Assembly: GCF_964204645.1 (NCBI RefSeq)
Contig: NC_134028.1
Coordinates: forward strand, 5,022,001 to 5,086,000
Direction: 5' to 3'
Origin: Tubulanus polymorphus
Taxonomy: Eukaryota > Animalia > Nemertea
DNA length: 64,000 bases
Positions 13,189 to 26,701 of this stretch are shown one piece after another; position 1 is the stretch's first letter; each line of letters opens with the position of its first letter. The notes below the pieces were generated by a model that was given only the letters and a program-made list of their open reading frames with translations, was not told where the DNA came from and ran no database searches. Both the position numbers and the translations under genes were made by a program.

Positions 13189-15475
13189 TATATGGTATTT
13201 TGAAACTGCATTATCTCTGAAAATCTACTAGAAGCATCAACTTTCTGTGAGATCGTATGAACCCCTGCCCTTGTAGACATGCAAAAATACCCTGTTGTAG
13301 ATGTCATCTACAATATTAGTGATAGTGCATGAATAGTTGCGCTCTCAGTCTACTTGGACAATGGTTCATGGTCCTGTGGTGGTAGTATGAAAGATGCCAT
13401 CACAACAAACCCTGCAGAGGAAGATTCATCAATATCTGATATAACACAAGACGTAGGTGTAGCAAACCCTCAGGAAATATGTTTTACAATGTATTAGTAA
13501 TCGTATCGTATTATGTCATATGAAATAAGTGTTTCATGTAAGATGCTAGGATAGGAATTGAAGCAACATCATATAGGTATTGTATGATATATCAGTATTG
13601 GTGAGTGAGGGGAATAATTCAACTTTTGCCTCTTCATATCTCTACTTACTTTTTCACGGCTTTTCGTTCACAATATTTTTATCAGCTGATAAATCAAGAA
13701 TGTAATCTGGTAAACCTGAATTCACTCTAGTGTGAATAAAGATCAATAACTAATCGTCCATAGTAGAATAGAAATCAATATCAGAATAAACATGTGCAAT
13801 GTACAGTGTAGATTTGGATATTTTTATAAAGTTGACTGAAGATATTTTTACATACACTTTTTAATTTAATTTATACCGTAGTTTTCCATTATACACATGT
13901 AGTTCATATTGGTGATTATTTAATATTCACACTATTTGATTTAATGAATTGAATACTTAAATATTAATGAATTACAAAAACATGAAAGAAAATAAGTGAC
14001 GCTCCCTTAAGTGATGTTGCCCAGTCATAGTTCACCCATTCATTGCACAGCTGTTTAAGCTTCTGATTGGTACTGCTAATTTTTGTGTGATGATGCTGTG
14101 CGAATTGCTATGCACAATGTCTATTATGGTAGGAGTTACAATCCCTGTAATGCAGGACGACACTTGTCTGGTAGATTTTAATTTAGCCATACACGTGGAT
14201 GAGAACATGTGTATTTACAAGTTGAAGATATTGAATATTGTTTAACTATGATAACATAGAGGGGCATTCAGAAATTTTTTTACTACTTGTCTTCAATGAC
14301 CATGTATTTAGAACTTGATAATAGTGAAATTCGAATGTGCTTAAAATCTGCTGGCTTAATAAGATTAAATAATTATATTAATAATTATTAATATTGATAA
14401 GATTAAAGCTAAGGAAAAATATAAATTGTTACTCATGACATGTAGTTTATGTGATTTCTTTTTGAAAATAATGTATTGTTTTGTAATGTCATAAATCAGC
14501 TTGATGTATTTTTTTGTGTATAATTGTTTCTGCTTTGCAATCATGACGTTTGGAATACCGGGTATGGAAGCCATTTTAAGTGATACCATATCTTAAAATA
14601 TGACAGTTTATATAGGAACTTCTGCTGAGCGGTTTTACAATTTTGACTTCACTCAATTATCATTTTGTACTCAATTTGCACTCATAAACTGCTTATCGAA
14701 AAATAAAAACAGATTTATTTCAAATCCAATTTTTTAATTGATTTATTTCTACCTGCCGAGGATGATCTAAAATCTTCCATTGTAAAATATCGAGTCAACA
14801 CTACAGAGAAATTAATGATTTGTCCGAGTCGTAACCGATGTTCGAACACGAAAATCCACATCCACACAAAATACTGCTATCGCTAAAAATAGAGCCGTGT
14901 TTTGACATCTCTGCGATTCACTAGGAGTGCAAGACATTGTCCTTTGATCGTAACCAGCCAAATATAATCCAGTAGGTGGCTTAATCAATTCTTGCTCTGA
15001 AAATCCAGCCATAACAAGTTTAACTAAAATCAATGTCCTCAGCGGATAAATGAATATAACCGAAGATATGCGACAAGAAGCTGAACAAAATCATAGTGCA
15101 ACCTGAATTTTATTTTGTCAAAATAATTCTATTATCTAAAGTTATTTGACACGTGTTGGGCCACATGGGCACCTCACTAAGTGTTTGGCTCATAAGTCAA
15201 CTAATAAGCTCACATTAGATAATGTAATAAAAAAACAACTGACAACACATTGTTATATAACAACATTCATTTCACAAATATACAGCACTGACTTAGTATT
15301 CTATAGCAAACATCCTAAAAAGTGATTGACATTTCCTTTTAAATGCTGCAAAGAGTGACTAACTATCATTAGTGGATGGACTTTTTCAATATATCATCTA
15401 ATGAACACGCAATTAAGATAATATCAAAGTAGCATTGTAGTAAAACTAAAGCATCTAAACATTTACTGGATTCAC

Positions 15476-16823
15476 CTATTCAGCGGGTTTATCATTTATA
15501 CATTTTTTATCTAGATGCGCTACGTATTCTTTTCCGATTAGCAATAAACTAGTGCCGGATATCAGACCGAAAAATGACCTCATGTATACGCATTCGGGAA
15601 GTAGCGCTTTCGTCGTCGCCCAAAGCAACACCGATCCGAAGTTAAAAACGACGGTTCCAAAGATACTGTACATTATCCGTTGATACGCAGATGCTGTTAT
15701 CATATGTTTACGACTGTACAAGTAAAGACCGACTCCGAGATGCGCGTTGAACCATAATTTGTTGGACACTAGGAGTTCGTGAGGTGCAAAGAGACTGAAA
15801 TGAGAAAACAACAGCGAATTAAAAGTCATCTTTGTTAGAAATGTGAAGCAATTGGAGTTTAGGTGTGCTTGACTACAACCCTGTTCGGGTAACACTAGTG
15901 CCGTATAGCAGGAAGGTGATCTAAACTGCAGTCAGATCAAAAAGGGAGTTGCACAAATGGTTGAGAAATGAAAGTTTTAGTTTCTAACATTTGTTAAAGA
16001 ATCTCGAAAGTAAAAATCGAAATTAACGCAATAATCACAGACTAATGTCTATTTATTAATTGATGAGACCTGTTTTTCTGGGATATTTTGTTTACTTTTT
16101 GGGGTACATACCTCATTTATGTCTTAACAGAATGCCAAAAATCGCGGACAACAACTGAATATCCGATATATTTCCAGTTCTGTACCAATTAGATGGATTG
16201 ACAAAAAGACTCCTTAAGTCCAGTTGAATGAGAGAGAAAATCCTCCATTTTGTCAAATTTCTTGGATTTGAACATTGTTACCATGCCTACGCCACCCTGA
16301 TTTAGTTGTTGAGACCCCACAAGAAAAATAACTTCATTTCGTAGGCATGGTGACAATGTAAAAATTCAAGAAATTTCACAAAATGGAGGATTTTCTCTCT
16401 CATTCAATTGGACTTAAGGAGTCTTTTTGCCAATCCATCTAATTGGTACAGAACTGGAAATATATCGGATATTCAGTTGTTGTCCGCGATTTTTGGCATT
16501 GTGTAAAGACATAAATGAGGTATGTACCCCAAAAAGTAAGCAAAATATCCAAGAAAAACAGGTCTCATCCATTAATAAATAGACATTAGACCTATCACCG
16601 AGCACCGAGTCGGGAAACCCGGAAGTGAATAGAATTTGGTAGGAAAGTTGCTTATTTCTAGCTAAAATACTTACTTTTTGTACAGTCTAGGGTTCATTAT
16701 GTTGACAGAAAACGCCAGGTAACTCGCCCCACCAACTGCTGGCATAAAACGATACATGACATCGTCTAATTTGATATTTTTCAGGTTTTGCAGCGAAAAC
16801 TTACTTTCTATGGGCGCGGCCAT
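15476..16823 (-). CDS. Uncharacterised small multi-pass membrane protein, 2 exons, 155 aa
   Basis: Exon 16823-16675 (MAAPIESKFSLQNLKNIKLDDVMYRFMPAVGGASYLAFSVNIMNPRLYK) splices GT-AG in frame to 15794-15476 (LFAPHELLVSNKLWFNAHLGVGLYLYSRKH...YSIFGTVVFNFGSVLLWATTKALLP...KEYVAHLD). About four hydrophobic segments; start context CAAAATGGC. Confidence 0.8.
16042..16589. mobile_element. Foldback/MITE with ~250-bp inverted arms in an intron
   Basis: CTAATGTCTATTTATTAATTGATGAGACCTG... (16042 to ~16291) is a near-perfect reverse complement of ~16340-16589; ~48-bp spacer; possible (A)GAC duplication at the flanks. Confidence 0.9.
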
Positions 16824-17084
16824 TTTGAATTTTTCATAACCTCGTCGAGTCTTTTTATTCCTATGAATTTTTCCATTAGAACACTTTCGAATGCTAAATG
16901 TCGAATAAGAATAGGTTTATAAAGTAAAAACAAATCCGTCGCTGCCAATTAAAGTTTCAATTTTTACTTATTTTCGTTTATTAAAATGAGACTATTGAGT
17001 GACGTCACACGGATAATGGTGGCGAAAGAAGAATAATGAAAGATGTTGTGGCTGATTTTGGCAGCGGAATAAAAACATTATTAA
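16824..17084. promoter_or_regulatory. Putative bidirectional promoter, membrane-protein gene / tetraspanin
   Basis: Only 261 bp between divergent ATGs; palindromic CRE TGACGTCA at 17000-17007; YY1-like AAAATGGC over the minus-strand start codon. Confidence 0.6.
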
Positions 17085-20000
17085 ATGGAAATGCCTCATC
17101 CTCCGCAAAGAGATCAATACTCGAAATTTACGAGTAAAATGGCCAAACGTCGGAGAAGAGATCGGTCGGAAGTCAGCTGCTGTATCAAATATCTTCTATT
17201 TGGATTTAATGTTTTGTTTTGGGTAAGCATAGAGATAAATAATGACTCGAACTGTATTGTAAATAAGCGTTTTAATGTCACATTTGAAAATGAGAAGCGC
17301 GACTCCAGAGTTAGTTATATTTACTGGGTTCTGACCTTTAACCCTAGTCCTTAATAACCTCTGTGATAGTCTGAATACCAGACGATATAGGCCTATGCGG
17401 GTTCCCCTTTTTGTTTGGGAACAACAGCTAAATAATTAGATACATTACTTGCGAGTGCCATTAGTAGGTAACCTAAAAATATAGTTAAAAAATGGCTGTC
17501 AAAATTCTAGTATTTCTTCATCAGAACAAAGAACGAATGACACTATTGAAATATGTTGTATTTAATTTTGAGCTGCAACTGTGGATCCTGAAAACCAGTC
17601 ACTCTGACATGAAAACTACATGAATCATAAACTTGATTCATACATACTTAACATATAAGCTGTTTTTTTCTAGACCACCTTTTTAATTTTTTGGTGTTGG
17701 CAATGGTGAAAACTTTAGCTAATAACATGTACGGAAGTTGTTTTATTTATAAACCTGCCCTCAGCAGGATTAGGATTAGGGTACTTATAGATAGTGTAGT
17801 TACACTATGGTTTTGGAAAGAGCCTTGGTGGTCTAGTGCGCTGGCAATATGCTGGTCCGGGTTTGAATACTGAACTGTCGTTCCTAATTGAAATAATTCT
17901 CTTCGAAGCCACCTGCCGTCTAAATTCAAATAATTCTCAAACACATCTCTTTTTTATTCAATTTTCAGTTTTCCGGAATTGGAATATGCGCGGTTGGAAT
18001 ATGGGCCTGGTCGGAGAAAGACGTGTTTTCAAATTTGAGTCAGTTGACGACGGTCACTGTTGATCCGGCATTGATTTTGATAATCGTCGGAGGAATAATG
18101 TTAGCTATTGGATTTACTGGATGCACGGGTGCTCTACGCGAAAACACATGTCTATTACTTTTTGTAAGTATGATAATGATGACTTCAAATCATTTAAGCA
18201 ATTTTTAGGCACGCTCGAAGCGCTTCCTCCTCAATGACTTGCGAAACAACCATATTTTCTAAATTAGTCAGTGCTGTATCTATTAGGGAAGCACTATGCG
18301 GGATGGGCCTCCTGAAATGTATTTGGAAAGTTCCTACTTGGAACCCAGCGTGGTCAAAATATAGGCCCTACCCTGAAAAATATTTTCATTCGATTCCAGA
18401 CTTACATTTCACCTTTTCGGATACCGGTACATCGATTCAAATGTTTGTTTCAAATCGAATTTGATGATAGTAATTTCATGAAAATAATGATTTGTTGCTT
18501 GAAAGCGCTTTACATTAATAGAAATCTTAATCAATGAATTTACCGGTAATCTTATAATTATCCTGTAAACCTGTTCTTCTTTTGCAGTACTGTGTTTCTA
18601 TAGGAGTAATATTCTTCTTCGAGCTAATCAGTGGAATATTAGGATTTGTCTATAAGGAATGGGTAAGCGTTGGTGTATTTTCACAGGGATGCGCGGCTAT
18701 AGGGTTCGGCGTCATATGTGTGATGATGTTTTTGATATGGATTTATGATTTCAATTAACAGCTGAAAGAACAGATGAAAATCCAATTCCAGTTCATTATT
18801 ACGAACTATCGAGAGGATTCCGATTTACAGAATCTCATCGACTGGGTGCAGGCTGAATGGGTAAGTATTCAATACCGATTATATTCATATTTTGTTCAAC
18901 CCTTCACTGGCGCTATCCCGCATAGGGTGTATCAAATTTCCAAGGATTTTCCGAAAATACGTGACTGCACCTTCAATCAATAAGTAGGTGCTGCCGATGT
19001 CACATCTCCCCTTTGCGTCGTATCATCATTTCTTAGATTTTCCAAATTTTAGTCTGTTTAAGTATGTACAGTTGACTTCGCTCAAGTCGTTTCTTCTGGG
19101 ACTGTAAAGATTTTTCCGACTTAAGTGATATCTCAGTTGGATATTATGTACTCCATATACGGTGTCACAAGAAATATTTTGAAAGACATCCGAGTTGAAG
19201 GGGTTAACTGTATGATAGTGAATTTTTCTGTTCGGATCAACCCAGATAATACAGAAACCTGTAGTGAAAGAAATAAGAATTCTCAGGATTTCTTTTTGAC
19301 AGATTTTCACCTCTTGATTCTACTTCGTCGGTATTTTTTATGAAAATCTGGAATTAGTCCCCCGTCGTAAAATTCCCAGAGGCAGAAAATCTGCCATGCA
19401 AGAAGTACCATGTAAAAGATTGGGGCGGGGGATATACACTGGGTATATTTTACACGGGGGAATTTGACCTTGATGGATTTCTTCCTTAGGGAATTTTTAC
19501 ATTAGGGGCTTTAAAGTTTATGTTCACACCGGCAGGGTTACCTGCTCGTAGATTGTCATGCCTGGAGCCATAAGTACGGTGTACGCGATATTTGATAAGG
19601 TTATAACTCAGAACATCGTGTCATTGTCAAGTTTCATTGCGCGCGCAAATTTTTTCGGGTGATGCTCTTACTGGAGATTACATTACCACGCGACATTCAC
19701 GACTCTGCAGATGGTGTGTCTGCGTAGCTTTCATTCGCCGTAACAAAGATATGAATTGAATTTCTCCATCAGCTTTTCCCTCAACCCACTTTCATCCTGT
19801 AGCCTTAATACTGGTTCGTACTTCAAACATAAAATCGAATGTGCATCTGTTCTCGTCGTCGTCTATCTCTCTCGTCGTCGCTGTAAAGAAGAGGCGTTTC
19901 GCTTGGGAGAGTTTTATTTGAATTTGTAGATTAGTCTGACTGCTTCTAAATATTTAGTCGATAAAGAACTCGGCTGATAAAAGCAATTCATTGTTGTCTA

Positions 20001-22279
20001 TTATAACATGTGTTTAGCGAAGCTCGATGGAGATTTATGTAGGTTTCTGTGTGTACGCACACAACAGAAACACGGTTTACATTTTTCCCCATCTTTAGTT
20101 TTTAAGCGAAATTTATCCCTTCAGACACCATTGAAATTATCATTTTCTGTTTTGTTTTTAGCGAGGTGTTTCTACTTCAGGAACTCCTTTTGTTTATACT
20201 GAGATAGAAACACTCGAAAGTCAACAGTTGAAGTATTTTCTTGAAATAACAGAACGGAAAAAACGATACTGAAAATGTTTAGATAGTTGAATAACCTCCT
20301 ATCGAAGTGTAGTAACTTGGAATTATCGAAATAAAAGTCCATCATAGATAACACTTAACAAAACTGGTTACAAAAACTAAACATAAGGAAACATTTTTAA
20401 GATCAGCAGTACCCGGGTAATCCCAATTTTTGTTTATCTTAGGTTATTGGATTTGCTAATATATATCATAGAAATGTTGATCCGTGATAATGACCACTGG
20501 GACTAGTCACTCATATCATGATAACCACTAGGACTGGTCACTCACATGATGACCACTAGAATGTGGTCCAAATATTAAGAAGTCTCGTGAAATATTTCAA
20601 ATTTTGGTTTATATGCGCAAAAACACTGGCAATGGTTAGTCTTTCTTGGATGATGACATTACGATAAGAATTATTGTACAAGTATCATGTATGAACTATT
20701 GATGTATTTATTGTAAACTTGTATCAGTCAGAGTGATGTGGGCTTCAAACACTGATCTCTATTTGTGAGTGAGCGTGAGTGAGTGGAATGAGTCACAGGC
20801 AAATTGATTCGTCAGTTTCAACGACGTCTTTTTCTAATATCATCATCCGGTTTCTCTGTAAATGCTGGTGGCTGATGCTTCTTAGAATGTCAGAGGATGG
20901 ATTTACCTCAAATATCAACGACGACGCATTTACTGCTCTTTTCAGCTTTAACTTGTGTCTGTGTGTGTAGTCACTTTCATCCAAACCGAAGAACTTTTTA
21001 ATCCTAGCTCCACACCCTTAGTGATTAAAGGGTTCACTGATCCTGGTGTGCTTAGGGGTGTGCTGAATTTATTTTTAGTTAACATATTACTTTATTATGC
21101 ACATAACTAACGTGACATGTTTTTTGTGGTATATTTCTAGTTACAATGTTGCGGCGTCGATGGGGCTGATGACTGGGATTTAAATATGTATTTCAACTGC
21201 AGCTCAAATTCCAAAAGCGCGGAGAGATGTGGCGTGCCATTTTCCTGCTGTAAGCCACAACCCGGGGTAAGCATGTAATACAATACTCTTTTGTTGACGT
21301 GTCAAGCATTTTACAAAACGTTTTTTAGTTACTTGGAATTCAGTAGTATTTTTTAAATAACTCTCAATACTAATTTTTTTTTTCAGAGTGATTTTAAACA
21401 AACATCATATAGGGTAAGATTTTATTGCTGTTTCAGTACTCTCGATTATTCGTTCATTTATAGAAGATATCATTTAATTTTCTCTCTGTTTTGGAAACAG
21501 CCAAAACTTCGTACAAAGTTTTGTAGGATGTCTTAAGAGACACAAGAATTTTGCTTCCAGTATAATAGATATGTGATTCATGTTTCTTTTACTTTTAGGA
21601 GAATCTCATCAACAAACAATGTGGTTACTATGTCCGCCATCCAAGTCAGGTAATTCATTAAGCAAAGCTGTGATTTTCAAATTATGCTGCTTTAGTGAAT
21701 GAAGTATAGCACATTGTTTTTATTTTTTTAGCTAACGTATTTACCTGAGAAGATCTATACAACAGGCTGTTTATCGGCCGGTGAAAAATGGGTTTCAGAA
21801 CATTTGATACCTGTAGCTGTTGTATTAGTAGCTATAGCCATAATACAGGTAGGTTTTTCGATCTTCCCTGAACATATCTTTAACCTTTTAATGCTCCTGA
21901 ATTCTAGCTAGCACGTAACCACGTGTTCACGAGTAGGACTCTTATTTCCGTGGCACTCTGCATCCATGATGAAATTGGATTCCTGTGATTGATGTCTTCA
22001 GATTGCTCGTACCGGTAGAAGCTTTGATGTCGCCTCCTCTGGAGAGATGTCTTATATAGATATAGGCTTGGGACGTGGTAGCAATTAAGCTACTAGAACC
22101 AGCGAAAATATATTTCCGCAGAACGCTACAATGCTGCACAGGCTCAAATCCACAACCTAGTATCGAAGACTAACCAGATCTTATGTTATAATGTTTTGTT
22201 TGATTTTCAGATCTTAGGAATATGTTTCGCACAGAATCTAAGAAGCGATATATTTGCACAGCGAGCGAAGTGGCAATAA
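17085..22279 (+). CDS. TspanC8-subgroup tetraspanin (TSPAN5/14/17/33-like), 8 exons
   Basis: Exons about 17085-17222, 17969-18163, 18588-18662, 18762-18860, 21141-21266, 21599-21649, 21732-21848, 22211-22279. [50 protein letters not shown]; large loop [22 protein letters not shown] has 8 Cys; ends [17 protein letters not shown]. Confidence 0.93.
20487..20570. repeat. Short tandem repeat, ~3 copies of a ~30-bp unit
   Basis: GATAATGACCACTGGGACTAGTCACTCA / GATAACCACTAGGACTGGTCACTCA / GATGACCACTAGAATGTGGTC. Confidence 0.6.
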
Positions 22280-23940
22280 CACAAGTGAACGTGTCGAGGA
22301 GTCAGTCACTCTCGACATCGGATCTCGACCAAAAAATATTCTAGTCGCTGAATGGGAAAAATTCAAATGAACAAGTTCATCATCTGGTCACAGAATGATA
22401 TGAGTTATTTTACTCGACTCAGAATGAATTGTGTTAGCGCCACTGTCTAATGTGTAAATGCGATATTAAAAATCAAAAATTGCTATTAATCGATCAATCG
22501 TGGTATTTAGATAATGCTTGTGGCTGTGACTGTACTATAATCAGTCGCTGTTTGATCGTAGACTTTACTGGCTATTCAAATAACAACAAAAACTACTGTC
22601 GCTCGAAAAAATTAGGTTTACCTGTGAACTTTAACAATGAGTCAGTGACATCTACAGCATAGACTCAAAAGTGATTATTTGATTTTTGAGTACATATTTC
22701 AAGATATCATAATATTTTCAATCATACAAATTTGTTGAGTATCCTAGCTACAGAATTAATGCTTGAAATGAATTATCAGGGATCTGCTCATCACATTCAC
22801 CCAATCTATACCAGACTTTCCGATATCTGGGATTAGTCTTTACAGAAACCAAAGTCGGATTGACTTATAGTAGAGATGCCACGCAGGTTTATTATCTAAT
22901 TAAGTGATGAATTAAGTGATGAATTGTGTTTCTCGCAAAAAACTGAAGAGGTTTTTATGAAGATTATTTTTCCGAAAACATAGTATCGAATACTGTTAAT
23001 GAAAAGCTGTCGAGCTTCATGTTATAAATGTACATAATAAATTGATTGCTTCAAACTATCTTCTACTAAGTGAATGTAAACATGTGCATGTTTCGTACAT
23101 GTACATGTATGTATACATCGTATATATGTATATTGGTGTACACAAGTGAATGTTCGATGTACGTGTACATTTGTATTACCGTGCTGTGAGATTCGCGTTA
23201 TACTGCCAGTATGATAACTCGGCTCTCCAAAGATCTAACCTGTTTTACCTCAATATTAGCATTAGTGCCTAGGTGATCTATTTTTTTTTTAATTACAATT
23301 GCTTCACCTGAAAGATGATTCTCCAAACATCTGATTCGCAATATTAGTTAGCCACTTGCTCTATACTCGTTTTCAAAGACTGAACTTTTTTCTTTAGCCG
23401 TGGATGTGGTATCAACTCGACCATGTTCGTCTAGTCTAAAATCTCGCGAATCGAGGGAATTACATCGAAAAAATGTTACAGACATTTCCCACTGAATATA
23501 ATAATCGTCAAAAACAGAGGAAAATGTTTTCAGTTGAGTCAAGTCAAATATATCTCGCCAGACAGAAACATATGGCTTCATTTTGCACTTTATGAACCGA
23601 ATGGAAAAACTGAGTTTTTATTTTACATATTTCTACTCTTGTGTAAGAACTGATGTTTTTTTTTTTAATGCGCTGCTTTGATACGTACGTATATTCTACA
23701 TGTGTTGGTTATACATGAAGTGTGTGGTATGATAGAAATCAATATGCCATTTTCTCCACAATCTAAAGCTAAAAAAACCCTTAAATCAAAAATCGAATGT
23801 ACATACGAAATAGTAAAAGTAATTTCTGTGATGTCGTGTTAATCAAAAGTCGAGATGGAAAGTTTTCTTGTTTCACTTAATTTCATATTGAAATGTTGTT
23901 CATTAACTACTTCATAATTGGAATGCAGGGAATTGACTTT

Positions 23941-24028
23941 TTAAAGGCTGGCGTAGGTCGATGTGCAGCGCGATGCGATCAGTTTAAGAGTTGCATGGGG
24001 TTGTAGGACCCACCTACGCCTGGCTTAA
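23941..24028. mobile_element. Small MITE remnant in the probable tetraspanin 3' UTR
   Basis: TTAAAGGCTGGCGTAGGT ... ACCTACGCCTGGCTTAA imperfect inverted ends. Confidence 0.5.
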
Positions 24029-24615
24029 CAATAACTAGTTGCAGTAACAGTAACTAGGCATAAAATGAACAGAATTTTATGTATCTTTGAGATCATTCAG
24101 GGAAAATTCTTTCGAATAACTCTAAACCCAGGTGGTTGCTGATTTTCTTTTTTTTAAGCGAATAGTTTATTATAGTTTCTGATTTGGGTTTAGATTTAGT
24201 ATAAAGCATTTATAAGCTGATTGGCTTTTAATGAAAAAATTAGCCAACCTTGCCTGGGCAATTATTATAGAGATGTAGGTATATTTTGTCAAGATTGACA
24301 CCCAAACAACAAGCTCTACTGTAGTTCTAAGTCATTATCATTAAATATCATTCTAATAATTCTTACTGAGTTTGTATGTTCATAATGTTCAGTATCTCTG
24401 TTTAGGTAAGGATTTGAACTTGATCGAGTCGGGAAACTGCCACAGTAAGAAACCCTGGCGTACTAGGCCAGTTGTAGCGTCACCTCATGTGAACGCAATC
24501 AGGTTTCATTTCTCATTGAATATTTACTTTCTATGATTTACGAATGATGGTATCTTATTCCGAGGCATGAATGCCTTACCCCCAATCCAATATTTGGGTA
24601 GGGTTTCGCAGCATA

Positions 24616-24660
24616 GCAGTCTCTCATGATGCCATCAGGTTTGAATCCCTTCCGAGTGAG
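24616..24660 (+). repeat. Dispersed repeat core with B-box-like motif (SINE-like), copy 1
   Basis: GCAGTCTC..GATGCCATCAGGTTTGAATCCC recurs in reverse orientation at ~35861-35901. Confidence 0.5.
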
Positions 24661-26701
24661 ATCAGTAACGTCGACTTCATGATTACATAATATAGTACGA
24701 CGCATGTGCAATTTCTTAATATATATTTTTGCAATATGTAAGATAGAATCACACTTGAAAAAACTATATGAATAATAATATGATAAATATGTATGTGTTA
24801 TGATATATTAGTTCATTGTAATATTGATTATAGTTTAAACAAATACATAGCATAATAATACTTGTAACTGATATCCTGTGCACGCAGGAAACGGTCGGCA
24901 TTGTTAGAACATACGGAAATGCTTAGATCCGTTGATGTATCATTTGAGAATCAAGTTCAACCATAGAGAATATAAGAAATGTTCTTATTTGAGACTACTT
25001 GGATGAAGTTTCTCGAGCATCCATCATCAAGTGAAATATTGCATTCAGAATGTTGTAATCTCTAATTTTGTGATTGCTTCTACAAATTTTTGCCACAATT
25101 TCATCTCGAGGTTAAATTTTCTTTTCGTCTAAGTATGAAGACAATAGACGAACATATACTTTTGCTTTTGTCAAGGTTTGATCAAATATTATAGGCGCTT
25201 CGGTGATGGTTAAAATTGATTATGCCTATCGTTGAGTCTATACAATCAAGGAAGCCAGTTTTTACCTATATAATAAACAGTACCCTAGTATTTGTCAGAA
25301 ATAACTGAACCCTAAAAACCTAATCAACTAACCCTTACTTCTGGAGTCAATGACCTCCATACCGGTTCCACATTATGTGGAATTGGTGCGGATGTTAGTT
25401 CCGAGTTTATAAACATGTGCTATGGATAATGTGATCTTAGAATGATACATTTTAACAATCAAATCAAGAACGAAACTAGTCCCAATAACGCTATCAAATA
25501 GAATATCCCTCAGTGACCATAAATAAAATCATCGATATTTAAATAGTAGCATGTTTTATTGTATTATATATTATTATGATTATATGCAGGTTGTAAATAT
25601 AATTGTGATTTTATTCTTGTCCTATCATTTGTATTCGATATATTAACGTTTTGTGTAATAAATAAAATATGGAACTTTGTTACATCAAGTATCTGTTCTT
25701 CCTTTTGGATGTCTTAACGTATGGCGTGGCTATTTCCACCTCCTAAGACCATTTACTGGTATATTCAATGAATCCGTTGCATTCCTAATCCTTACATTGC
25801 ACGAATCTTCAGGAAAAGTTGGGAGAGCCACAGAACTTAAAACCTTTGATGATAATAAGTCAACAGTAGAACTGCATCCAGATACTTACAGAAGACTTCA
25901 AAAATTTGCCTTTTTATAAAATTCATTTTATTAGCAGAGCGATATATATAAACCAGTATATAACATGTTACTTTGAACGGCCAAAAATGTTTCCATATAA
26001 AATTTTCCTGATCTTTGTTTCTTGGACCCATGATTACGTTAATTCTATTCCGAACTAAGAAGGAATGTTCATTGCATAAAATAAACCCGATTCTAAAACA
26101 AAACAACTATGATTTCTTCTCTAACCAGACATAATTTAAATCAGAATAACAACCAAAAATAAAAAGAGCATTTCAAGACTTAAAGAGTTTTAAAAATAAA
26201 CATGTTTTAAACAATATTAATAATCAATGATAAAATAAAGATATTGCAGGCATTATAGAAAGGAAATGCTTAGACATCTGATATAATGCAAAGAGCAGTC
26301 AGTTGTAAATAAATTGAGCATCAATTTCCAGTGAAAGATCGCAGTATATTAGTGTATTCGTACAAAATTATGTCCTAAACTCTGCCTTAATAGATAATAC
26401 GGTGTCACACCATGATGCCATTAAACAAGTTCATAATTTTGAAAGTCGTTAAAAAAGCTTGAGTTTTTTTCTGTGTTAACTGTAGTGTGCTAAGGAGGAG
26501 TTTACCGTAATACTTTTAATAGTTATATCCATATTTTCAAAGCTGTGTACAATGGTACTAAATAACATGTCCTGAAGTTTCAAAAGTTTACAATAAATTG
26601 TATCATCTTGAGCTAAGTTTACCTTGAATAACTAAACGTTTGTATTAAAGCTTTCAGGCAACGAGAGCACACAATACATGGCAGTTTGAATTGGAGACAG
26701 A

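Noticed and set aside
16414-16605. 63-aa ORF
   Set aside because: Lies almost entirely in a MITE arm; no splice support.
20487-20570. Regularly spaced repeats resembling a CRISPR array
   Set aside because: Eukaryotic intron, only ~3 degenerate adjacent units, no unique spacers or cas genes.
22066-22157. tRNA-like A/B-box-resembling segment (GGCTCAAATCC)
   Set aside because: No cloverleaf pairing; at most a decayed SINE.
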